Of a DNA stretch of 64,000 nt, positions 53,087 to 64,000 are shown one piece after another; position 1 is the stretch's first letter; each line of letters opens with the position of its first letter. Source of the stretch: an uncultured Desulfobacter sp. (GTDB lineage Bacteria; Desulfobacterota; Desulfobacteria; Desulfobacterales; Desulfobacteraceae). The translations under genes and the position numbers were made by a program. Location: assembly GCA_963665095.1 (NCBI GenBank), contig OY762069.1, forward strand, positions 2,752,001 to 2,816,000. The letters are read 5' to 3'. The notes beneath the pieces are model-generated. The model saw only the letters and a program-made list of their open reading frames with translations, was not told the origin of the DNA and made no database searches.

Positions 53087-53473
53087 CTAAATCAGGACTG
53101 TTCGTTTCCCCAGAGGCGCAAAGCAGACTGCCGCCAGACGAAAGTGGGCAAACCCGAAAGGGATACCGATGATGGTCACACAAAGGCTGATCCCGGCCAT
53201 GATATGGGAGATCGCCAGCCAGATACCGGCCAGCACCACCCAGAGGATATTGGCCAGGGTGGTTCCCACCACCCGTTCTTCACCCACATCTTCGGCATCC
53301 ACAAGCTGTTTACCAAAGGGAAATGCGGCAAACCCTGCAATCCTGAAAGCGGCAAAACCAAAAGGGATGCCCACCACCGTGAGCATCAGAAGAAGTCCGG
53401 TAAAAATCCACAAAAGCCCTGCAGCCCATCCACCGCCCAGCACAAACCAGAGAAGATTCAATACAAAACTCAT
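53087..53473 (-). CDS. yccF: YccF domain inner membrane protein
   Basis: Two repeats NxLWxVxxG..GIPFG..PFG. Confidence 0.9.
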   Translation of the reverse strand: MSFVLNLLWFVLGGGWAAGLLWIFTGLLLMLTVVGIPFGFAAFRIAGFAAFPFGKQLVDAEDVGEERVVGTTLANILWVVLAGIWLAISHIMAGISLCVTIIGIPFGFAHFRLAAVCFAPLGKRTVLI

Positions 53474-53886
53474 ATCTTTATTTTCCTGTTAATTAAAACT
53501 GCATTCCTGAGCCCGGCTTGAAAGGCCGAGATTAAATAATAGCGGCATCTTATCAGGTTTTTACAGAAAATAGAAACATCTGGAATGATCATATTGCGGA
53601 TAATGCCATTCACCACGCCGGAATCCTTGGGCACAATCAGTTTATCAGGTATCCTGTCTTCCTTTTGTTTTTTTCTTGTTAATTTTGAAAATCAGGCTTA
53701 TGAATAGCCGTTTAATTAATAACGTTTACATTTATTAACTTAATTAACTAAAATTATATAGCACGGAAAAGCTGATTCAAAAGGACCTGTTGTCTGATCT
53801 TAAATCTTAAGTTGAGGAGACTCTCATGCTCAATCTTGGTTTTGACAAAAAGCTGATCATTGTTTCCTGCGCAAGTATCATCCTGA

Positions 53887-54179
53887 TCAAGCGCCTGCAA
53901 CAACGCCACAGATTGCAATAATAATCACATCAATTAATTTATGAAGCTTGTTGTGGTGCCTATGGTCTTCAATGGTTTCAAAGTATTTATCTATGGTTTT
54001 TTTATTCATTGGCAACTCCTTGTTTTTGTTGCCAATATGTAATACAGATTAAATTAAAAATCTGATGAAAAATATTCACTTTAAAATCAATTAGTTACAG
54101 TTAATATATTAGACTTACCTAACTATATTCATCTATAAGAGAGTCAAAATGCCTTGTTTTTTTACATGCGATAGCCCTG
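53887..54179 (-). mobile_element. ISAs1-family left-end remnant
   Basis: End CAGGGCTATCGCATG; 40-aa MNKKTIDKYFETIEDHR..HKLIDVIIIAICGVVAGA (54009-53887). Confidence 0.8.
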
Positions 54180-54222
54180 CTGCATCTGGGATTGAAATAT
54201 CCCCGATACAGAAAAACAGGGA

Positions 54223-54938
54223 TTAAAACCGCATCACAAAGGTTACGCCGGTTGTCAGAGGCTCCCCGTCCAGGCCGATATTGCCGGTGCTGCCATAGGT
54301 TAAATACTCCTCGTCAAAAAGATTTCTGGCCCACAGGTAGAAATCAAACCGTTCTGACTCATAGCCCATGCGCAGGTTTACGGTGTAATAACCACTCTGG
54401 CTGGCTGTGTTTTCAGCATCCCCGTAATATTTGCCGCTTCCCAGCAGATCCGCCCGGCAGAACAGCCCGGATGTTAACCGATACTGGGCCCGGCGTTACA
54501 GGTGACCCTGAGGACTTTTTAGGATCTCCACCTGCGCAACATCAAACAGGGCAGTGTTCTGGGTGTAGTGCAACGGGTAGCTCACATCATCAATATAGCG
54601 TCCTGCCGGCGAGTGGATGGAAGCCCTGAAGGAAGGGATGCCCGGATCACGTTCACATGCTCGGTGTAGTTCTGTTTCATGGTGACATTGGGGCAGTAGC
54701 GGGTCAGGTCATGGGTGGTCTCAATACCGGCGTCATCCAGTTCAGCGCCTGAAAAACATCCATGCCGGCCGGGACATCTTCGACCTTCTGGACGGTTTTC
54801 CCGGAGGTGACAATGACGGTGTCAAGCTGTACATTTTCCTTTTTTCTTTGTCCGTATCTGTGGTGCCGGCCAGGGCCGGGGACAGAAACAGGTTGAAAAC
54901 TGTAATCAGGGTGACGGTTCTAACAAAACGGCAGATCA
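54223..54938 (-). pseudogene. TonB-dependent receptor pseudogene with a large internal deletion
   Basis: Frameshifted plug (DTVIVT..DVSYPLHY) joined to the C-terminus (NLFDEEY..VMRF*). Confidence 0.82.
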
Positions 54939-55229
54939 TCTCTTTCTCCTTTTCAGATACGATTGGGTTGCGGTGCGGTAAGTGCCAGCACTGTGCCCGG
55001 CACCATGGCAGAAGAAAAGAAGAGCCCGATTGTCCGGCCGCACTTGTTTTTGTGGCAGATGCACAAAGGAAAGTCCGGCAGCCCTGATCTGGAAAGAGTC
55101 GCATCCGCCCGGGGCAAAAACATACCCGCCCGGGGTAGAATGAAAACCCGGAGCAGGCTATTTCTGACCCTGCAGGATCTTTTTTTCGGACCGGACAGTC
55201 CGGTATATCTGTCACAAAAAGGAGAACTC

Positions 55230-55970
55230 ATGGAACCAGAAGATATAGAAGCACTGAAGACAGATCCCAGGAGCAGTTTTAACCGGGCCATCCGGGACAG
55301 AGACGTTGCTGCCTGCCTGGTGAAAACCGCGGAGATTCACGGCCATTACTGCCCGGGAAGTGCTTTTGGCGTCATGGCAACCCTCATGGGGCTTGAAGCC
55401 CTGGGCGGGGAGAGCTCCGAAGGTATGGAGGATCTCATGGCCATCGTGGAAATCAACGCCTGTTTTGCCGACGGCATCCAGGCCGTGTCCGGGTGCACCC
55501 TGGGCAACAATGCCCTGGTCTTCCGGGACCTTGGCAAGATGGCTGTCACCTTTGTCCGCCGGAACACACAAGACAAGGAGGGGCACAACGGAGTCCGGGT
55601 GAGTATCAGGGGCCGGATACGGGACCATGTGGACCGGGTCCGGCCGGATTTTTTCCCCCTGATGGAAAAGGTGATCATGGCACGGCAGGGCAGCTCTGAA
55701 GAGGAAAAGGCTTTCAGGGATATGGGCCGGCAGGCGGCATTTGCACTGATAGCACAACCCTTTGATACCTATTTTAACACAGATTTCGTCAAGGCGGTCC
55801 TGCCGCCCTATGCCCCCATTGTCCAAAGCCTTGTCTGCCCGGGGTGCGGCGAAACGGTCATGTCCACAAAAGCTGTTTTAGACGGTGATAAAAAAGGATA
55901 CTGCCGCACCTGTGCCGGGGTACTGATTTCCGGGGTGGACGGCCGGGGCATCGGCCAGGAAGTTTTTTAG
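55230..55970 (+). CDS. FmdE family protein
   Basis: HGHYCPG, CFADGIQ..GCTLG, C-terminal CPGCGE..CRTC; AGGAG RBS. Confidence 0.9.
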   Translation: MEPEDIEALKTDPRSSFNRAIRDRDVAACLVKTAEIHGHYCPGSAFGVMATLMGLEALGGESSEGMEDLMAIVEINACFADGIQAVSGCTLGNNALVFRDLGKMAVTFVRRNTQDKEGHNGVRVSIRGRIRDHVDRVRPDFFPLMEKVIMARQGSSEEEKAFRDMGRQAAFALIAQPFDTYFNTDFVKAVLPPYAPIVQSLVCPGCGETVMSTKAVLDGDKKGYCRTCAGVLISGVDGRGIGQEVF

Positions 55971-56247
55971 AGCCGGTGCAGATTTTGCCGGAGACGCGAT
56001 AATGACACCACGAAGGTGTTACACAAAGCCCGCACCGGCCCTTTAAAACCGAATCCACCCGGCAGAAAGTTAAAAACCGCTTAAAACCATAATCCAACAA
56101 TATTATTTTTAAACGGAATTTTCCGGTCTCAAACCAGAAATTCCCGGATCAGTCAGAACCCAGCCATGAAGGCATTCAGACGCAATTATCTGTAATACCT
56201 TTGTGGTTTTTTGTTTTTACCTGACAATAAAAGGAAATTGATTGAAG

Positions 56248-58320
56248 ATGAAAAAAATTGCACTGTGCGCAGCATTACTGGCCATGACATGGATAGCGGC
56301 AGATGTCAGCCGGGCGAAAACTTCTGATGAGGATACCCTTGAACTGGAAAATATGGTTGTGACAGCCCAGAAAAGGCAGGAAAATGCCTCGGATGTGCCC
56401 ATCAGCATGGATGTGTTTTCCGGTGATACCATGGAGATGGCCGGCATGGACAAGATCCCGGATCTTGTCAACTTCAGTTCCAATGTCAGCATGCTTGAGC
56501 GCTCCTGTGAGCATATCGTGGTCATCAGGGGCGTCTCTCCTTTCAGGGGGTGTACATACTCCCCGGCAGGTCTTTATGTGGATGATGTGAGCTATCCTTT
56601 ACACTATATGCAGAACTTTGACCTGTTTGATATTGAGCGGGCCGAAATCCTTAAAGGGCCACAAAGCACTTTATACGGCAGCAATTCCGAATCCGGCGTT
56701 ATTAAAATTGTCACGCGCCAGCCAGGCCCTGAGTTTGAAGGCCGGGTGATTTCTGAATACGCAGAATACGACACCTTTAAAACCAGCGTCAGCCTTATGA
56801 CACCGGTGATTGAGAACATTTTGTTTATCGGCGGTGCGTTTCAGTACAAGGCCACGGACGGATACCTGGAAAACCTGTCTGACAGGGATGACAAGGCCGC
56901 AGATCAGGACCACCTGGCCGGCCGGTTTACCCTGAGATGGACCCCTCAGGATGCCTGGGACATTTCATTGACCGTGGATGGGGCGGATCATGAAGACCAC
57001 GGGGCCACGGGACGAGCCCTGACCGGCACCTACAGCACCCCGATGAACAGAATCCGGTCCGACTGCGATTCCTACCTCAACCAGTCCTGGTCCGGCCAGT
57101 CCCTTCGGGTCACCTACGGCGGGCAGGGGTTCACGGTCCTGTCCGTATCCGCCATCCAGGACCAGCACCTTGACAAGGTCAATGACTGTGACCTGTGGGA
57201 TGACCCGTCCAATGAAAAGATCAATCCGTTAGTCTTAGACACCACCCGGTACAGCCAGGAGCTGCGGATCACCTCGGACACGGGCGGCCCCTTTGAATGG
57301 CTGGCTGGGGTATTTGCCTTTCATGAAGATTCCTCTTTTGACTACAGGTATGAAATTGTCTCCTCAAACATGGTGTACATGAACCCGAAAACAGATGTGG
57401 AAACGGACGGGGCTGCAATTTTCGGCCAGGGCCGGGTCCGGCTGGCGGACAGGCTGCATGCAACTGTGGGCCTGCGTCTGGACTACCAGACCAGCGAGGG
57501 GGACTTAACCGATAGCGTGCAGGGAAAGGCGTACAGCGACACCGTAGACGACTATGAGTTCCTGCCCAAAGGTGTGCTGGACTATGATGTCACCGATAAT
57601 ATAATGGCCTATCTCTCCGTGGCCAGGGGGTATATGCCGGGCGGGTTTGACTGGGGCAACACCGCAACAAAACAGACCTTTGCCTATGACCCTGAATACA
57701 CCCTGAACTATGAAGCGGGAATGAAATCCACCTGGTTTGACAACCGGCTTCTGGTCAATCTGTCCGCCTTTTACATCAAGATGGATGACAAACAGGTGTC
57801 TGAAATGCACCCTACCCTGGCTGTTGTAAACATTTCCAATGCAGCTGAAGCCCACTCCACAGGGGTAGAACTCAGTGCCGAGGCCCGGCCGGTCAAAGGT
57901 CTTTCCCTGCTGGCCGGGTTCGGATTCAACAAGTCTGAATTCGACGAATTCAACGCCACTGTGAGCCAGAACAACACCCTGGTACAAAAAGACTACTCAG
58001 GAAATGATCTTCCCTATGCACCCAGGTATACCTTTAACTTAGGGATGCAGTACCGTGCGTCTTCGGGCTTTTACGGCCGGCTGGACTATCTGGGTACCGG
58101 GGAATTCTACGGAGATGCCGCCAACAAGGCAAAACAGGAGGGGTATGAAATCGCGAACCTGCGCCTGGGGTATCAATGGAAAAAAATGGATATTTCCGTA
58201 TGGGGTGAAAACCTGTTTGACGAAGAGTACCAGACATTTGTCACCCCGTTCTCCAATACCATTGTAGGCAATGACGGCCCGCCCCGCTGCTTTGGGGTGA
58301 CCCTGGCTGTAAGATTGTAA
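56248..58320 (+). CDS. TonB-dependent receptor
   Basis: ENMVVTAQKR, EILKGPQSTLYG, NLFDEEY. Confidence 0.94.
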   Translation: MKKIALCAALLAMTWIAADVSRAKTSDEDTLELENMVVTAQKRQENASDVPISMDVFSGDTMEMAGMDKIPDLVNFSSNVSMLERSCEHIVVIRGVSPFRGCTYSPAGLYVDDVSYPLHYMQNFDLFDIERAEILKGPQSTLYGSNSESGVIKIVTRQPGPEFEGRVISEYAEYDTFKTSVSLMTPVIENILFIGGAFQYKATDGYLENLSDRDDKAADQDHLAGRFTLRWTPQDAWDISLTVDGADHEDHGATGRALTGTYSTPMNRIRSDCDSYLNQSWSGQSLRVTYGGQGFTVLSVSAIQDQHLDKVNDCDLWDDPSNEKINPLVLDTTRYSQELRITSDTGGPFEWLAGVFAFHEDSSFDYRYEIVSSNMVYMNPKTDVETDGAAIFGQGRVRLADRLHATVGLRLDYQTSEGDLTDSVQGKAYSDTVDDYEFLPKGVLDYDVTDNIMAYLSVARGYMPGGFDWGNTATKQTFAYDPEYTLNYEAGMKSTWFDNRLLVNLSAFYIKMDDKQVSEMHPTLAVVNISNAAEAHSTGVELSAEARPVKGLSLLAGFGFNKSEFDEFNATVSQNNTLVQKDYSGNDLPYAPRYTFNLGMQYRASSGFYGRLDYLGTGEFYGDAANKAKQEGYEIANLRLGYQWKKMDISVWGENLFDEEYQTFVTPFSNTIVGNDGPPRCFGVTLAVRL

Positions 58321-58528
58321 AAAAAGGACATCCGAATAAAACATTCCAAAATATGGCGCCGAATTTTTGGGCCTTATTCAAGGCGCTTCTCCTAGGAGCA
58401 TATTGGAATATGTAGCCAGAGGAGCAACGAAGAAGAAGGCCAAAAAGGCAGGCCATATGGGATGTTTACTTTTGACTTTGCTGGTGTTGGCTTCAAACTG
58501 CGGAAAGCAAAACCGGCAATGGTCACTA

Positions 58529-59158
58529 TTATGAATTGCTGGCAGCAAGGCCAACGCCGGCACCGATAAAGGACCCGCCGATAACTTTTTTTAAATATTT
58601 TCCCGGGCCTGCCTTTGAAAACAGCGACACCATTTTCCGGCCGCTGACGGCATAAAACATAAAACAACTGAATGCTATACTGGCGCACAGCCCCAGCAGA
58701 ACGAAGGACTGGAACAGGTATGCTGAATCGGGATCTATAAATTGCGGAAAAATTGCAGAAAAAAATACAATGGCTTTCGGGTTTCCGGCAGTTACCAGGG
58801 CCGCCTGGAAAAACATTTTTCTCAATGTGTTCACGTTTTCCGATCTGACTGAATCTTGCGGGGGTACCAGGCTTCCAGGTGAAAAGAAAATGCTGAGGCC
58901 CATATAGACAAGGTATGCTGCCCCGGCCCATTTGATAATATGAAAAACCGGCTCAGAGGCAATCAAAATCGTCCCTAAACCCGCAATGGAGACAGATGCC
59001 TGAACCAGCGTGACCGCCATATTGCCCAGTGCCGATGCGACTGTTTTTTTAACGCCATATTGCATGCCATGCGTCAGGGCCAGCAACATGCTCGGGCCGG
59101 GGATCATGGAGGCTATAAATACCGTCATTGAATATAGAAAAATAAACTGTAATGTCAT
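58529..59158 (-). CDS. LysE/RhtB family translocator
   Basis: IPGP, GNPKAIVFF and FPQF motifs. Confidence 0.92.
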   Translation of the reverse strand: MTLQFIFLYSMTVFIASMIPGPSMLLALTHGMQYGVKKTVASALGNMAVTLVQASVSIAGLGTILIASEPVFHIIKWAGAAYLVYMGLSIFFSPGSLVPPQDSVRSENVNTLRKMFFQAALVTAGNPKAIVFFSAIFPQFIDPDSAYLFQSFVLLGLCASIAFSCFMFYAVSGRKMVSLFSKAGPGKYLKKVIGGSFIGAGVGLAASNS

Positions 59159-59332
59159 TTTATTAAAAGTAAACTCCTTATTAGATCGGGCACATGTGCA
59201 ATGTATCTATTGTTCGAATTAAATGCAGGCTGTTTTACATCTGATTTTTCAAGTACTTCATCCTGTGCGCCAGCCACTGTATTTTCACCTGCATCACCAA
59301 CCAGTTCTGCCAGATTGCGGACACGGTTTCAA

Positions 59333-60436
59333 CTAAAAATAAAAATCAATCATCAGTGAACCAAAAGATACCTGGGAATCTGTTTTATCCCCGCCCCGGG
59401 TGCCGGGCGCTGGCAGGGCATCGGAATCAAGCAGGTCCGTAGATTTCTCAAGGGTCGCCCGCACACAGAAATAATTGTAATAATGATAGCAGATTCCGAT
59501 TCCATAGCTGACCAGCCAGTATCTGCGCGCCACATCCCGGTCATCACCGGTGATCAGACTGCCGTCATAGATGACGGAATAGGCAAGGGCCGTGGCACGG
59601 CCGCCCAGTATAAGCTCAATGCTGTGCGGGGATGTAAAGGCGGGTTTGGGAAGATCCTGGGCCTGGAAAAAGCCGCGCCCCGGAGGTGCCGACCAGGTGT
59701 TAAACCCCTCACGCATATTCCAGCCCGCCCGCAATACCAGGGTCAGTTCCGCTGCGGTGAACAAATTGCCCAGGGACACGCCTGGCGCTGCAAAAACCTG
59801 GCCTGCCCAGTCATTGTTGTAACAGCCCGCACTGGCCAGGTTAAATGCGTACTGGTACCCGGCATTTAAAATCGGCTCTGTTTTTCTCTGGGTATCCCAT
59901 CCGTTGGGAGATGATGCAAGGTTTAATTTTTCATGGAAAAATGTCTGTAATTGCCCGGCCATGGCTTCCTCACCAAGTATACCCGCAGACAGTTGAAACG
60001 TGGATGCCCTGGTGCGGTTAAAATTCTGCCAGCTCATAGAACAGGTTAAAGAACCGGCATATGGCAGATCTCCCTGCTCCGGGGCATCCGCCTTAAGGTC
60101 TCCGGGTGTGACCATATTCTGGCCCAGACCATGGCTTAGACGAACAAGCGCATCCTGACCATCCAGAGTCGGGACATGACGGCCAACCCACTTGATCAGT
60201 TCCGGGACAGCCATATTTTCCCAATGGGTCGCACAGGGTGTATGGTACTGAATGCTCCACCCATTGGTGAAACCGCTGTCTTTTTTCCAGACCAGATCAT
60301 TGTCCATTTCAAACCGGAAAATCCTGTTGTTATTCCCATTGCCAAGATAAAATTTATCCGTACCCGAAGTCCTGACCGGATAAATCAGCAAAAAGACTGC
60401 CAGGATGATCTGACCTTTTTTTACTGAATAGGACAA
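59333..60436 (-). CDS. LpxR/DUF2219 family outer-membrane protein
   Basis: DND..D.GFTNG, GQNM.TP, PYAG; C-terminal F. Confidence 0.78.
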   Translation of the reverse strand: MSYSVKKGQIILAVFLLIYPVRTSGTDKFYLGNGNNNRIFRFEMDNDLVWKKDSGFTNGWSIQYHTPCATHWENMAVPELIKWVGRHVPTLDGQDALVRLSHGLGQNMVTPGDLKADAPEQGDLPYAGSLTCSMSWQNFNRTRASTFQLSAGILGEEAMAGQLQTFFHEKLNLASSPNGWDTQRKTEPILNAGYQYAFNLASAGCYNNDWAGQVFAAPGVSLGNLFTAAELTLVLRAGWNMREGFNTWSAPPGRGFFQAQDLPKPAFTSPHSIELILGGRATALAYSVIYDGSLITGDDRDVARRYWLVSYGIGICYHYYNYFCVRATLEKSTDLLDSDALPAPGTRGGDKTDSQVSFGSLMIDFYF

Positions 60437-61833
60437 AAAGCTTTTCCTTGTATCCCCTCCAGTATCCGGCCGCTTTGGCCCCGCAGGTTTTCCAGCTGCT
60501 GCAGGTAGTTGATCCGGCTGGTGGCCACCGATGCCTGGACTGCGACCAGATCTGTCTGGGCCTCGTTGAGCCGGGTCAGGGTGGTGGCACCGGCCCGGTA
60601 GGAGCGCTCCACATGGTCACGGATCTGCCGGACCAGTGTCAGGGTATACCGCTCCCGATGGTACACCGCCTGGGAGGATTTTGTTCTGACCAGGGTCTGG
60701 TGCAGGGTGGCCCGGATCTCCAGGATTTTTTGTTCTCTTTTCCTTTTCACCTGCAGCAGACGGGCGTTTGTTTCATCTATCCTTGCTGAGCGCCTTCCCC
60801 CGTCAAACAGGTCCCAGTTCAGGCTGAACCCCACGGCACTGCCGTGTTCATTCTGGTCAATGGTCCCCATATCCTGGTATTCATCATAGTCAAAGCTGCC
60901 GTTTAAAAAGACTTTTGGATAAAATGCAGCCCGGTTCTGCCGTTTTCTCTGAAGCAGGGCTTCCCGGTCAGCATCCAGGGCAAACAGATCCGGCCGGTGC
61001 GCCATGGCATAGGCAAACTCATCTTCAAGCCGGGGAAGCGGATCCAAAGGTTCAATCTGCGCCACAGCCATGGGATACATATCCGGGGGCAGCCGGGGTT
61101 CCGGCAGGGCCAGCAGTTTGGCCAGCATGATGCAAGTCACGGAATAGTACTGCTCGGCTTTCAGAAAATTATTTTCTGCCTGAAGCGACTTAACGCTGAA
61201 ATTCAGATACTCGGCCTGGGGGATGGCCCCGGCCAGAAAACGCTTTTCAGCGTCCAGTGCCAGATCCCGGTTGAACAGGCTGTTCTGTCTGGCGATCTGC
61301 ATGCCTTCTGCAGCAAGCTGGGCCTGATAATAGGCGCCTGCCACTGCTTCGGCCAGCAGACGGCGGACATCGTCTGCCAATCCTTTAGCGGCCTTTGTCC
61401 CGGCTTTGGCGGCCAGAATGGCTGCCTGCCGGCTGAACCCGTCAAACAGAAGCCAGTTGATCTGCACCCCGGTATTCAGATGGTTAAAGCTCTCATCCAC
61501 CCGGGTTTCAGGACTCCAGTCAGGGCGTATGGACACATCCTGCCAGTTGTAACCGGCATGGACTGATACAGTTGGCCACAGGGCGGCCCGGGCCTGGTCG
61601 CAAACCGCCTGAACTTCGCTGATCCGGGCCAGCATTTCAGCCACCCTGGGAGAGGCACAAAGCGCCATCTGCTGAGCCCGGGTAAGTGTAAGATTGCCAT
61701 AGGGGATATCCATGCTCAGGGGCACAGGTTTGCTCACCTCACCGGCAGCCGCTCCCCCAGGCGCCGCCACCCACAGGAGAAACAGCAGGACACCCCCGGA
61801 TATCTTACTTCTGCACTGTCGAAAAAAACGCAT
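60421..61833 (-). CDS. TolC family outer-membrane efflux protein
   Basis: WLLFDG / WDLFDGG repeats; follows the RND gene. Confidence 0.9.
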   Translation of the reverse strand: MRFFRQCRSKISGGVLLFLLWVAAPGGAAAGEVSKPVPLSMDIPYGNLTLTRAQQMALCASPRVAEMLARISEVQAVCDQARAALWPTVSVHAGYNWQDVSIRPDWSPETRVDESFNHLNTGVQINWLLFDGFSRQAAILAAKAGTKAAKGLADDVRRLLAEAVAGAYYQAQLAAEGMQIARQNSLFNRDLALDAEKRFLAGAIPQAEYLNFSVKSLQAENNFLKAEQYYSVTCIMLAKLLALPEPRLPPDMYPMAVAQIEPLDPLPRLEDEFAYAMAHRPDLFALDADREALLQRKRQNRAAFYPKVFLNGSFDYDEYQDMGTIDQNEHGSAVGFSLNWDLFDGGRRSARIDETNARLLQVKRKREQKILEIRATLHQTLVRTKSSQAVYHRERYTLTLVRQIRDHVERSYRAGATTLTRLNEAQTDLVAVQASVATSRINYLQQLENLRGQSGRILEGIQGKAFCPIQ

Positions 61834-61844
61834 ATCATCATTCC

Positions 61845-64000
61845 TTACATTATCGGGTCCACATCACAGGCACCGGCAGCGGGCCTGCGGATTGAAAACA
61901 GGGTGCTGAAAAATACAGGCACCACAAACAGGGTCAACAGGGTGGCAAAGCTCAAGCCCCCCATGATGGCCGCGGCCATGGGGCTGAAAAAGGCATCCGT
62001 GAGCAAGGGAATCATGCCGAATACCGTGGTGAAGGTGGCCATGGTCACGGGACGGATACGGCTGGCAGAGGAATCAAGCACCGCACTGAACGGCTCTTTG
62101 CCCCCGGCCAGCTCCACCTTGATCTGGTCCAGCAGGACAATTTCATTTTTAATCAGCATGCCGAAAAGGCTTAAAAATCCGAGCATGGCCATAAACCCGA
62201 AGGCCTTGTCGGCAATGAGCATACCCGGGGCAACCCCCACAACAATCAGGGGCAGCCCCATGAAAATAATCAATGGGTACCTTAAGCTGTTGAACAGCAG
62301 CACCGTCACCAGGAACATTCCGGCAAAGGCAATGGGGAAATTGGACATCAGCTTGGTATTGGCCTCAATCTGCTCCTCGTGTTCTCCACCCCACTCCAGG
62401 GTATAGCCTTCCGGCAGGTTCACCGCTTTTTCAATCACCGGGGAAAGTTGCCGGAACAGGGCATCCGTGGTACCTTCCCGCTGTTTGCACAATACCCGAA
62501 GGGTACGTTTCTGGTTGAGACGGTGGATAACGCTGTCTTCCACGGCAGTGGTGGCGCCGTTGGTCACCTGCTGCACCGGCAGCCACCTGTTTTTAACCCG
62601 GCTGAAAACCTGTACATCATCCAGCGCGTTGATGGTATCCCGCTGTTCCTTGGGCGGCTGGAGGATAATGGGCAGAAGATCGTCCCGAAAGCGGTACTGG
62701 CCCACAACAGAGCCTGTGAAATTCATGGCAATGGATCCAGCGACTTCCGGGCGGGAAATGCCCAGTTCCTGCGCCCTTCGGTCGGAAAAATCAATTTCGC
62801 TGACCTTGACCTGGTTGCCCCAGTCGGTGCGGATACTGCGGGTGTTGGGATGTTCTGCCATTATTTTCATCACCTGGCCGGCAAGGCTTCGCAACGTGGC
62901 TCTTTCAGGCCCGCTTAACCGGGCCACCACAGCACCGCCGCCAGGCCCCAGCTTAAAGGCGTCCACACTGCCGGTCACTTCAGGCATGTCCCGGTCCAGC
63001 CACTGCTGGATTTCAATTTTAAGTTCCGGCACCCGCCTGAAGTCATCCACATCCACCAGGAGCTGGGCATAGGCACTGTCCGGCATCTCAGGCGAAAAGG
63101 TCAGAAGAAAGCGCAGCGGTCCCCGGCCGATGAAACCAGCCGTATTTTGCACGCCGTCTAAACCGGCCACATGCTGTTCAACCTGTTCAAGGGCTCTGGC
63201 TGTGCTGTCAATATGGGTGCCTTCCGGCATCCAGATATCCACGGTGAACTGGGCCCGGTTGGTATCCGGCATGAAATCCTGCTTGACGTGGCCAAAACCC
63301 CACATGGCCAGTGCCAGCAGCCCGGTCACCCCGGCAATCGTCAGCCACCGGTGATCAATGGCCTTGGCGACAATGGCTTTATACCAGGTGAAAAAACGCC
63401 TGGAACGGGTCTCTTTATCCTGGATTTGGGCGGCGGGCAACACCATGACACAAAAGCAGGGCACCGTGGTAATGGCAAAAAACCAGCTTAAGCCCAAAGA
63501 GATACAGATCACCTGGAACAGGCTTGCCAGCCACTCGCCGGTCATATCTTTGGACAGGGAGATGGCGGCAAAGGCAAGGATAGCGATCACCGTGGCACCT
63601 AAAAGCGGCCACATGGTCTCTTTAACGGACTGGTCGGCGGCCTGTTCCCGGTCCATGCCCCGGCGCAGCCGGATGATGATGCCTTCGGTAATCACAATGG
63701 CGTTGTCCACCAGCATGCCCAGGGCAATAATCAGCGCGCCCAGGGAGATGCGCTGCAGGGTGATGCCCGAAGCTTTCATAACCATCAGGGTGGCCAGGAT
63801 GGTCAAAATCAGTACAAATCCAATGACCAGGCCTTCGCGCCAGCCCATGAAGACCACCAGCAGCAGGATCACTATGGCCACGGCACTGATCAGGTTGGTT
63901 ACAAATCCTGATACGGCTTTTTCCACAATTTTGGACTGGCTGGTGATGGTATGCACGGTGATTCCCAAAGGCGTATTGGTGGCAAGCGCCTTAAGACGTT
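61845..64000 (-). CDS. RND efflux permease (AcrB family), 5' end outside the window
   Basis: GMLVDNAIV, RIRPVTM; frame open to the window edge. Confidence 0.93.
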   Translation of the reverse strand, partial: RLKALATNTPLGITVHTITSQSKIVEKAVSGFVTNLISAVAIVILLLVVFMGWREGLVIGFVLILTILATLMVMKASGITLQRISLGALIIALGMLVDNAIVITEGIIIRLRRGMDREQAADQSVKETMWPLLGATVIAILAFAAISLSKDMTGEWLASLFQVICISLGLSWFFAITTVPCFCVMVLPAAQIQDKETRSRRFFTWYKAIVAKAIDHRWLTIAGVTGLLALAMWGFGHVKQDFMPDTNRAQFTVDIWMPEGTHIDSTARALEQVEQHVAGLDGVQNTAGFIGRGPLRFLLTFSPEMPDSAYAQLLVDVDDFRRVPELKIEIQQWLDRDMPEVTGSVDAFKLGPGGGAVVARLSGPERATLRSLAGQVMKIMAEHPNTRSIRTDWGNQVKVSEIDFSDRRAQELGISRPEVAGSIAMNFTGSVVGQYRFRDDLLPIILQPPKEQRDTINALDDVQVFSRVKNRWLPVQQVTNGATTAVEDSVIHRLNQKRTLRVLCKQREGTTDALFRQLSPVIEKAVNLPEGYTLEWGGEHEEQIEANTKLMSNFPIAFAGMFLVTVLLFNSLRYPLIIFMGLPLIVVGVAPGMLIADKAFGFMAMLGFLSLFGMLIKNEIVLLDQIKVELAGGKEPFSAVLDSSASRIRPVTMATFTTVFGMIPLLTDAFFSPMAAAIMGGLSFATLLTLFVVPVFFSTLFSIRRPAAGACDVDPIM

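Noticed and set aside
56192..56220. NikR-like dyad GTAATAC..GTTTTTAC upstream of the TonB receptor
   Set aside because: The right half is degenerate and cannot be supported without a matrix scan.

Overview
This is a bacterial genomic window. Gene content and repeat style suggest a sulfate-reducing Desulfobacteraceae-like organism (inference). It has three parts. (1) 1-33 kb is a heavily rearranged accessory region. It holds an intact three-gene DDE/ATPase transposon with an 8-bp target duplication that splits a secreted-protein gene, four decayed IS91-family (rolling-circle, Y2/HUH) transposase copies with ori-like ends, and a four-gene IS21-family element. It also holds many truncated gene pieces and a 15.2-20.9 kb array of toxin-antitoxin/defence-like cargo modules separated by four copies of a conserved, same-orientation, recombination-site-like sequence. 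(2) 33-50 kb is ordinary housekeeping DNA: OadG/OadB, ProVWX, a BMP-type ABC transporter, an M48 protease and a PLD, with a few MITE/REP repeats. (3) 50-64 kb has IS66 and ISAs1 remnants, TonB-dependent receptors, FmdE, LysE, an LpxR-like protein, TolC and a partial RND pump. The most unusual signals are the repeat-delimited cargo array, two families of tiny (19-bp and 24-bp) insertions found only inside IS91 pseudogenes, and a compact structured non-coding segment inside the three-gene transposon. Products are called by eye from motifs. No database search was run.
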